DNA from: Desulfovibrionaceae bacterium
Lineage (GTDB): Bacteria; Desulfobacterota; Desulfovibrionia; Desulfovibrionales; Desulfovibrionaceae
Reading direction: 5' to 3'
NCBI GenBank assembly: GCA_051650105.1
Contig: JBOFIJ010000006.1
Coordinates: forward strand, 121,352 to 185,351
DNA length: 64,000 bases
A model generated the notes under the pieces. It saw only the letters and a list, made by a program, of their open reading frames with translations, did not search any database and was not told the DNA's origin. How positions within the stretch are numbered: position 1 is the first letter of the stretch; the number at the start of each line of letters is the position of its first letter. The position numbers and the translations under genes were made by a program. Below are positions 56,780 to 64,000 of this stretch, one piece after another.

Positions 56780-59700
56780 ATGTATATTAAAGAAGCTCGT
56801 ATAACACAGTTTGGTATTTTGGAAAGTCAGGAGATGTTGTCTCTTCCCAATTCTCTTATTGTTGTTCATGGTGTTAACGAAGCTGGTAAATCGACACTTC
56901 TCAATTTTTTCAGATGTATGGTTGCAGATATTCCGCAGAGAAAAGATAATGAGCACTATAGAACTATTCCTGGCATTGATCTTGGCTTTTCTGGGAAAAT
57001 CCGTGTTGTTCCAAGTTCTGTAGATAGTGCGTATCTTGAAATTTATAAAAAGTATGGTGCAGATTCAAGAAAAAAATCGGTAGTGACATTGAACGATTCT
57101 TTTGGGAAAAGCATAGATATGTCTTTGTGGAGACGTATGCTTGGAAGTGCTGCAGATATTGCTGTGTACAAGAATATGTTTGGGATTAGTTTGTCGGAGC
57201 TTGTTGCTGTTACCAAAGGAGATATTAAAGATGCTCTTTATGGCGCAAGTATCGCTATGAATGTGCGTTCTCCAAGAAAAGTCTTGGATCTTTTGGATAC
57301 AAAATCGAACGCATTATATAGGCCAAAGGGGCAAAATCAGGCCATTAATAAATTGCTTGTCGATCTTGCTCGTGTTGAAGAAGAGCGTTATGCATGTTTA
57401 GCGGTAATGGAGCAATATGAATCGTTACGAGTGCGTGCCAAGGCTTTATCTGAAGAAATATCTTCTTTGGATGAAGATAGAAAGTGTATTCAGGAACGTG
57501 TTACCGCGTATCAAAAGATTGAAAGTTCTTTTGAATCGTACAAATCTGCTGTTATTTTACTTGATGAAGTGAAGGATCTACCTGCATCTTCTCAGTGTAC
57601 AACTTCTTTGAAGGTAGAGTTTGAGCAATTATGCAGAGAAAAAGAGAATATTGAGGAGCAGTCTATAGGGCTTTTAAAGAAAAATAAAGGTCTTAATGAA
57701 GAGATAGTGCTGTTATCTGTTGATGAAAATATAGTAAAGAATGCGCATCAAATATATATTTTGTTAGAAAAAAAGTCGCAGTATCAATCTATGCAAGAGA
57801 ACTTACAAAAAATTAGAAAAAATACTGAAGTATTATACGAGAATATTGAAGATATTGTTATGGAATTAGGTGATGAATGGGATAATGAACGCATACAAAA
57901 AATTGACACAAGTTTTGCTGTAGATAAAGAGATAAGTAAAAGAGAGCAGTTATTACATGAACATGATGCTGGAGTAAACCATAAGACACAAAATTTGGAA
58001 GATATTCAAGGTAGGTGTAAAATTCTTGAAAGAGAATTATCTTGGAATGAGGAAGAGAACGAATGTGTAGTAGAGCTTCCTATGTTGGAAGAAAATATAG
58101 AAAAATTACAGGTAAAATATCAAGAGTATCAGTATAAAGAGAGAGAGAGAGCTTCTATTGAATCTGCTCTTGAACGAGAGGTTGCAATAATTTGCCCAGA
58201 ATGGAGTGTTGAAGAAGCTAAGAAATGTTCTCTTAGTGTTGAAGAGATAAGGGGTTTTCGTTCTCTTGCAGAAACGCATGCCCAATATGTTAAGAAATGG
58301 GATAATCTTAAAGAAAGAAGTAAGCGTTGTGAAATTAAATGTAGTAGTTACATTGAGGATCTTGAAAAAAATGCAGAATTACTCAATAAATATGAAGAAG
58401 GTAATACGACAAAGGATCTTGAAACAATATCTTCATTAGAAAATCTTATTTATGTGAGGGAGCAGATTTTCACTGCTCGTTATCTTTCTCGCAAAGTGTT
58501 ATATTGTACTTGGATTTCTCTTTTTATAATCGCTATATTTACGGGGTTATATTTTATTCATACTGGGGCCGTTATCTTTTCTTCAGTGATTGTTGGTTTT
58601 TCTTTGTTGGTTGGTCTTTTTTGTGCGTATTTTGTGTACAGCATTGAAAATTCTATTAAAAAGCATTTAGTATCTTTAGATATGCCAGAGGTGAGAAATA
58701 TTTCGCAATTGGAAAATGAGATTCTTATTTGTTCTGTTTGTCTTGGTTTAGAGGATGTTAAGAGAAGAACAGTGCAACAAAGAAAAATATTGCTTTTGGA
58801 AAATAAAGAAATAAATGATTATTATAAATTTTGTAAAAAACATGAAGCGACTCTTAAAGAATTATTGTTTAAGGAAAGGGAAGAGTATGCTATTCTTCTC
58901 GATAGTCTTAAAGACGAAGAAGCAAAGATGGACCAATTACAATATAGATGGAGATCGCATTTAGAAGCACTGCACATGCCAAGGTCTTTAGAGATATCGC
59001 CAGATGCATTTCAGAAGTTTTTTGAGAGTATGCAAAATATTACAAAGTGTATAAAGCAAAGTATTTTTGTTTATGAAGATTTAGCTCGCATACGGTTTGT
59101 GTGTAACGATGTAAAAAGAATTATAGAAGAGAGTACTTTGTATAGAAGCAGAGTTCATTTATTTACAGAAGATAATGGTGATTATGAGTATTTTTTTCAG
59201 GAAATGAAAAAATGTATAAAAAATCTTCAGGAAATTGCTAAAAATAGATGGGCTAAGGAAGAGGAATATAAAAAATTACTGTGTGAAATTGAAGTATTAG
59301 AAGAGGCTATTCCAGAGATCAAGAGAAAAGCATTGGTTGTTATAGAATGGAAGAAATGGCTTTTAGAGCAGGGCTATCCAGAGGATATTAACCCTGAAAT
59401 AGTGAGAGAATATATCAAGCAAATTCGTAAAATAAAAGAATATAATAAATCTTTGGAAAAGTTATCTAAAGAAGAACAAGAAACAAGATTTTTTCTAGAA
59501 AATTTTGAAGCAAAGTTGCAAAAGTATATTATAATGCTTCCCTATGGGCGCAGAGACAGTGTGGAATATAAGGATAGCCTTAGCCGTTTAGAGTATCTTT
59601 GTTTATATCTTAAAGAAGAAGAAGAAAAATATAGAAAAAGAGATGAATTATTGGGAAGGGAACAAGAACTTTCTAAAGAGATTGGAATTATTCAGGAACG

Positions 59701-60613
59701 TTTAGGAAGAATTGCTGAGAAAATACAAAATATTTTTCGCATAACAAAAACATCTTCAATAGAGGACGTGCGAAATGCTTTTGATATTTTTGAAAAATAT
59801 AATGAGAAGAGAGATCGTATAGAACAACTTCATCAAACAGTTAAAGGCATAGTGTATCCTCGTACGTTACAAGATGTTGAGGAATATTTTTCTTCATTCT
59901 CTTTAGAAGAATTGAGAGACCATATTCAAGAAGAGCTTAGGAAGATTGAACTTTTAGAAACACGGCGCGTCATTTTAGCCAAAGAATGTGGTATGTTAGA
60001 GAATCAGATTACACAGGCGGAGAAGGGTGGGATTAATATACACAATATGAATTATGCAATGCTTACCACAGAAATTGAAAAACACGTTAAGGAATGGATG
60101 CAGATGCGTGTTGCAAAAGAAATAATTATGAGGGCAAAACGACATCTTGAAGAACATAAACAGCCTTTTGTTATGGAGATAGCGAGTCTATTTATGAATG
60201 AAATTACGGATGGTTTTTGGAATCGTATTTTGCGTTCTACGGAGAATGATATTATTTTGTCTAATACTAAGGGTGCACGGAGTAATCCTGAATTGTTAAG
60301 TAGAGGTACTCAAGAGCAAGCGTACTGTGCTTTACGGCTTGCAGGAGCTTGTAACCATGCTACTATTACTAAAGAAAGTCTTCCTTTATTACTTGATGAT
60401 GTTACCGTTAATTTTGATTCACAGCGTGCACAAAAGATGGCAAAGTTACTGCTTTCTCTTGCGAGTGGGAGTTTGCCGAATATTCCACAGCATCAAATAT
60501 TTTTATTCACATGCCATGATAGTGTTGTGAATATGTTTAAAAATACTATTCCAGAAGCAAAATTTTTCTCTCTTAATTCTGGCGTTTTGAGTGTTTCAGA
60601 ATCTTTTGTATAA
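56780..60613 (+). CDS. YhaN/SbcC-like SMC-type AAA ATPase (1277 aa) with a central transmembrane hairpin
   Basis: N-terminal Walker A HGVNEAGKST. C-terminal signature-like LSRGTQEQAY and Walker B LPLLLDDVTVNFD. The long heptad-rich arms are interrupted at about 58497..58640 by two hydrophobic helices (VLYCTWISLFIIAIFTGLYFI-HTG-AVIFSSVIVGFSLLVGLFCAYFVY). The gene starts 3 nt after the nuclease gene. Confidence 0.8.
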   Translation: MYIKEARITQFGILESQEMLSLPNSLIVVHGVNEAGKSTLLNFFRCMVADIPQRKDNEHYRTIPGIDLGFSGKIRVVPSSVDSAYLEIYKKYGADSRKKSVVTLNDSFGKSIDMSLWRRMLGSAADIAVYKNMFGISLSELVAVTKGDIKDALYGASIAMNVRSPRKVLDLLDTKSNALYRPKGQNQAINKLLVDLARVEEERYACLAVMEQYESLRVRAKALSEEISSLDEDRKCIQERVTAYQKIESSFESYKSAVILLDEVKDLPASSQCTTSLKVEFEQLCREKENIEEQSIGLLKKNKGLNEEIVLLSVDENIVKNAHQIYILLEKKSQYQSMQENLQKIRKNTEVLYENIEDIVMELGDEWDNERIQKIDTSFAVDKEISKREQLLHEHDAGVNHKTQNLEDIQGRCKILERELSWNEEENECVVELPMLEENIEKLQVKYQEYQYKERERASIESALEREVAIICPEWSVEEAKKCSLSVEEIRGFRSLAETHAQYVKKWDNLKERSKRCEIKCSSYIEDLEKNAELLNKYEEGNTTKDLETISSLENLIYVREQIFTARYLSRKVLYCTWISLFIIAIFTGLYFIHTGAVIFSSVIVGFSLLVGLFCAYFVYSIENSIKKHLVSLDMPEVRNISQLENEILICSVCLGLEDVKRRTVQQRKILLLENKEINDYYKFCKKHEATLKELLFKEREEYAILLDSLKDEEAKMDQLQYRWRSHLEALHMPRSLEISPDAFQKFFESMQNITKCIKQSIFVYEDLARIRFVCNDVKRIIEESTLYRSRVHLFTEDNGDYEYFFQEMKKCIKNLQEIAKNRWAKEEEYKKLLCEIEVLEEAIPEIKRKALVVIEWKKWLLEQGYPEDINPEIVREYIKQIRKIKEYNKSLEKLSKEEQETRFFLENFEAKLQKYIIMLPYGRRDSVEYKDSLSRLEYLCLYLKEEEEKYRKRDELLGREQELSKEIGIIQERLGRIAEKIQNIFRITKTSSIEDVRNAFDIFEKYNEKRDRIEQLHQTVKGIVYPRTLQDVEEYFSSFSLEELRDHIQEELRKIELLETRRVILAKECGMLENQITQAEKGGINIHNMNYAMLTTEIEKHVKEWMQMRVAKEIIMRAKRHLEEHKQPFVMEIASLFMNEITDGFWNRILRSTENDIILSNTKGARSNPELLSRGTQEQAYCALRLAGACNHATITKESLPLLLDDVTVNFDSQRAQKMAKLLLSLASGSLPNIPQHQIFLFTCHDSVVNMFKNTIPEAKFFSLNSGVLSVSESFV

Positions 60614-61033
60614 CAAGTGCTATTGTATTTTTGTGGTTGTATTCTGTAGTTATTGTTTTTTGAAGGACCAGCTATACGGAGAATTTCTTATAAGAAAGAC
60701 ACTTAGGTATATTTATATAGCTATTTATTGGTGAAGATACATTGTTATTACAGTAAGATATTGTAGTATTTGTATAAAAGGATATAGTACTTGATATAAA
60801 CTCTTTTTATAAACTAGAGTTAGTAACTTGTTATTGTAATAGTGATAGGTATAGGTTATACTTTATCGTAGAATGTACAGTATATAGAAAAATGTATTAT
60901 GTATATGCACTATAGAAAATGAAGTGAAATACAGTACAAAGGTATGAGATATCTCTGTTTTTTACAGATATTCTATTGGACAATATTAGAGAAATAGTAT
61001 AAAATAACTGGCGATAGTCATTGCTGTGTATGG

Positions 61034-62059
61034 GTGAATATGAAAAAGGATATTATTATAGCGGTTGACGCTATGGGGGGTGATGTAGGCCCTTCAGTCA
61101 TTGTTGCAGGGGCAATTGAGGTTGCTAAGCAGCATGATTTTGTGAAGATTATTTTTGTTGGAGATAAAAATAGTATTCAGGAAGAATTGGAAAAAAATAT
61201 TACAGCACAAGCGCGTTTTGAAGTAGTGCATGCGGAAGAAGTAGCGCTTATGTCTGAAAAACCTGCAGAGATAGTACGCAAGAAAAAGAGTTCCTCAATC
61301 TATATAGCGTGTCAATTGGTAAAAGAGGGTAAAGCAGATGCTTTTGTGAGTGCAGGTCATTCTGGCGCTGCTGTTGCGTGCGGGATGTTTATTATAGGTC
61401 GTTTAAAGGGTGTTGATAGGCCAGCTTTGGCCGGTATAATGCCAACAGAGAAAAATCCTTTTATCTTTCTCGATCTTGGTGCTAACGTTGATTGTAGTTC
61501 CAAGAATTTACTGCAATTTGCTCTTATGGGAGACAAGTTAGCAAGGAATCTTTTGGAGTATCAAGATCCAAGAGTTGCTATTTTAAGTATTGGAGAAGAA
61601 GAAGGAAAAGGGAATATTCTTACTTTGGAATCCTATGCTTTATTGAAAAATGCAAAGGGTATTAATTTTGTTGGTAATATAGAAGGCAAAGACCTTTTTA
61701 CTGGTGAAATAGATGTTGTTGTGTGTGATGGATTTGTTGGGAATATTGCTCTTAAGTTGAGTGAGGGGTTAAGTTCTTCTATTCGTGCTATGCTAAAAAA
61801 GTATTTGAGTCAAGATATTCTCTCTCGTATCGGTGGGGTTCTTTCTCTTTTTGCTTTTAGAAGATTCAAAAAACACACAGATTATGCTGAATATGGTGGT
61901 GCTCTCCTTGTTGGTTTAAAAAAGGTTGGTATTGTTGCTCATGGAAGGTCGAACCAAAAAGCTATACAAAGTGCCACACAAATGGCGGTAACTCTTGTAG
62001 CAAAAGAGACATGTGAGCAGTTGGAAATAGCATTAGCTATGAATCAAGTAGATGAATGA
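61034..62059 (+). CDS. plsX: Phosphate acyltransferase PlsX
   Basis: IAVDAMGGD N-terminus and the VCDGFVGN block. The start is GTG 61034 or ATG 61040. Confidence 0.92.
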   Translation: MNMKKDIIIAVDAMGGDVGPSVIVAGAIEVAKQHDFVKIIFVGDKNSIQEELEKNITAQARFEVVHAEEVALMSEKPAEIVRKKKSSSIYIACQLVKEGKADAFVSAGHSGAAVACGMFIIGRLKGVDRPALAGIMPTEKNPFIFLDLGANVDCSSKNLLQFALMGDKLARNLLEYQDPRVAILSIGEEEGKGNILTLESYALLKNAKGINFVGNIEGKDLFTGEIDVVVCDGFVGNIALKLSEGLSSSIRAMLKKYLSQDILSRIGGVLSLFAFRRFKKHTDYAEYGGALLVGLKKVGIVAHGRSNQKAIQSATQMAVTLVAKETCEQLEIALAMNQVDE

Positions 62060-62121
62060 ATTTTTTCTATATTCATTTTTTTGTGATATAATGAAGACAA
62101 CACGAAATGAGAAGGTTCTTT

Positions 62122-63105
62122 ATGAGTATATGTTATGTACATGCTATAGATATTGCTCTTCCAAAGAAAATAGTAAAAAATAGCGATTTAGAATCTATTA
62201 TGGATACGACAGATGAGTGGATTTATACAAGAACAGGTATAAAGCAGCGCTATATAATTTCTGAAGGAGAAAGTAATACATCTCTTTCGATTATTGCGGC
62301 AAAAAAGGCTATTGTTCGTTCGGGCATTTCTATAGATGATATCACTCATGTAATTGGAGCCACATGTTCTCCAACACATTATTCTCCAAGTTTGGCTTCA
62401 GAAGTTGCATATGGTTTAGGTATACATAATGCTTCGGCCTTTGATTGTAATGCAATGTGTTCAGGTTTTATGTATGCTTTGGAAATTGCGAGAGGTTTTA
62501 TTGCTGCTAGCCCAAATGCAAAGGTATTACTTCTTGCTAGTGAGGTTATGTCTAGAAAATGTAATATGCAAGACAGAAACACAGCGGTTTTATTTGGAGA
62601 TGCTGCAACAGCAACAATATTATCTTCTTATTCTGAAAAAAGTATTGCTATACTTCATGATGTACTTACGAAAGCAGAAGGAAAATGGGGGTCTTGCCTG
62701 ACTATTGGTGGAGGAACAGAAGAGGAATTATCTGTAGGAAAAACTATCTCGGATGATTTTTTCTTACAAATGAACGGTAGTGAGGTATTTAAAAGCGCTG
62801 TAAGAATTATGCCGAGAGTATGTGAGGAGTTATTAGAAAAGAATGGTTATTCTATTAAGGATATTGATGTTTTTGTACCTCACCAAGCAAATAGCAGAAT
62901 AATTGAAGCTGTGGGTACTCGTTTGGGCATAGATAGAGAACATGTTTTCGTAAATGTGGAAAATTATGGAAATACATCTGCTGCGTCCATTCCGTTAGCA
63001 CTTTTTGATGCTTTGGAGCAAAAAAGAATAAAGAAAGGAGATAGAACACTTATGGTTGCCTTTGGTGGAGGGTTTACGTGGGGGGCAAGCATATTGCAAT
63101 TTTAG
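62122..63105 (+). CDS. fabH: 3-oxoacyl-ACP synthase III
   Basis: Active-site Cys in AMCSGFMYAL, then HQANSRI and GNTSAASIP. ATG 62122 follows an AGAAGG Shine-Dalgarno. Confidence 0.92.
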   Translation: MSICYVHAIDIALPKKIVKNSDLESIMDTTDEWIYTRTGIKQRYIISEGESNTSLSIIAAKKAIVRSGISIDDITHVIGATCSPTHYSPSLASEVAYGLGIHNASAFDCNAMCSGFMYALEIARGFIAASPNAKVLLLASEVMSRKCNMQDRNTAVLFGDAATATILSSYSEKSIAILHDVLTKAEGKWGSCLTIGGGTEEELSVGKTISDDFFLQMNGSEVFKSAVRIMPRVCEELLEKNGYSIKDIDVFVPHQANSRIIEAVGTRLGIDREHVFVNVENYGNTSAASIPLALFDALEQKRIKKGDRTLMVAFGGGFTWGASILQF

Positions 63106-63176
63106 TAGAATTGTGTTAGAATTTTTTGGAAGTGTATGGTGATAAATAGCTGATATGCTTGTATAAAGGAATATTT

Positions 63177-63917
63177 ATGGAAAATAAATCAGTTGCCCTT
63201 GTTACAGGGGCTTCACGAGGCATTGGTAAGGCTATTGCTGAAATACTTGCTTCTAAGGGCTTTTTAGTGTACATTACATATGTCAGTAAGGCTGATGAGG
63301 CAGAAGAGGTTGTTGCAGACATCTTGAAAAAAGGTTTTCATGCAAAGGCTTTTCAGCTCGATGTTGCTGATTCTAGTGCTGTTGTCCAGTTCTTTCAAAA
63401 TGAAATTAAAGATAAATTTCGTCTTGAAGTTCTTGTCAATAATGCTGGTATTACTAAAGACGGACTCCTATTAAGAATGAAAGATGAGGACTTTGATTCT
63501 GTTATTGATATCAATCTTAAGGGTTCGTTTGTATGCATGAGAGAAGCTTCAAAAATTATGTCCAAGCAACGCTATGGACGAATAATTAATATTGCATCTG
63601 TTGTTGGGGAAACTGGTAATGCAGGGCAGGTCAATTATGCTGCTTCTAAGGCAGGAATGATTGGTATGACTAAATCTGCTGCTAAAGAATTAGCTTCTCG
63701 TAATATTACTGTGAATGCAGTCACGCCTGGTTTTATTGAAACAGATATGACAAATGATCTTCCAGAGAATATTCGAGAATCTTATGCTAAGGCTATCCCT
63801 GTTGGAAAGTTAGGAAATGTCTTTGATATAGCATATGCTGTGGCTTTTTTAGCAAGTCCAGAATCTGGATATATTACAGGACAGGTTCTTGGTGTTAATG
63901 GTGGGATGCACTGTTAA
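63177..63917 (+). CDS. fabG: 3-oxoacyl-ACP reductase
   Basis: TGASRGIG, NNAGI, YAASKAG. ATG 63177 follows an AAGGAA Shine-Dalgarno. Confidence 0.92.
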   Translation: MENKSVALVTGASRGIGKAIAEILASKGFLVYITYVSKADEAEEVVADILKKGFHAKAFQLDVADSSAVVQFFQNEIKDKFRLEVLVNNAGITKDGLLLRMKDEDFDSVIDINLKGSFVCMREASKIMSKQRYGRIINIASVVGETGNAGQVNYAASKAGMIGMTKSAAKELASRNITVNAVTPGFIETDMTNDLPENIRESYAKAIPVGKLGNVFDIAYAVAFLASPESGYITGQVLGVNGGMHC

Positions 63918-63947
63918 ATAAAACTATATTATTTGGGAGAATATATA

Positions 63948-64000
63948 ATGTCTACACAAGATGCAATTATTAAGATTATTGTAGAGCAATTAGGTGTTGA
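63948..64000 (+). CDS. acpP: Acyl carrier protein, 5' end only (runs off the window)
   Basis: MSTQDAIIKIIVEQLGV is an ACP-typical N-terminus in the conserved position after fabG, preceded by a GGGAGA Shine-Dalgarno. Confidence 0.8.
   Translation, partial: MSTQDAIIKIIVEQLGV

Noticed and set aside
1-64000. CRISPR arrays, rRNA, tmRNA/RNase P/SRP RNA, IS elements and integrases.
   Set aside because: I scanned the spacers by eye for their conserved cores and for regularly spaced repeats and found none. A covariance-model scan would be needed to exclude small RNAs.

Overview
This is a visibly AT-rich bacterial chromosomal window. It holds about 57 protein genes, one tRNA-Leu(UAA) and several decayed gene fragments. 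I saw no rRNA, CRISPR array, transposase or integrase. Gene content is mostly housekeeping. It looks like a reduced, host-associated delta-proteobacterium of the Desulfovibrionaceae type, and Lawsonia-like is my guess, but I cannot verify this without a database search.

Left to right, the window contains:
- a heptose-7-phosphate kinase (5' end outside the window)
- potABCD, nth, HU and a solitary fliM
- nrnA, rpmB and yceD-rpmF
- a single-domain PilZ protein and a LysO-like small membrane protein
- an ABC-F ATPase and a DUF2233-like secreted protein
- an orphan beta-class DNA methyltransferase
- priA and tRNA-Leu
- a 9.3 kb CDP-sugar/polysaccharide cluster (21943..31256)
- an operon running DUF2318-like protein, outer-membrane barrel, orphan, ssb, orphan
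- a biotin-carboxylase remnant
- rpoH, a TPR lipoprotein and a LolB-like lipoprotein
- lepB and ettA
- a small phage-CII-like regulator and a CofD-like protein
- leuS
- ung-ribE-ribBA-ribH-nusB
- a MagIII-like protein followed by envC, ctpA and yibQ
- dut
- an SbcD/YhaO-like nuclease with a 1277-aa YhaN/SbcC-like ATPase
- plsX-fabH-fabG-acpP (acpP runs off the 3' end)

The best candidate for undescribed biology is the sugar cluster. It has two tandem paralogous radical SAM enzymes with a truncated SPASM/twitch-like domain and a TylCIII-architecture C-methyltransferase, and no recognisable CDP-glucose 4,6-dehydratase or E1/E3.

A second recurring signal is gene decay. There are four partial gene duplications next to or distant from their parent genes, pseudogene debris, and roughly 9 kb of long AT-rich spacers by my approximate hand tally.
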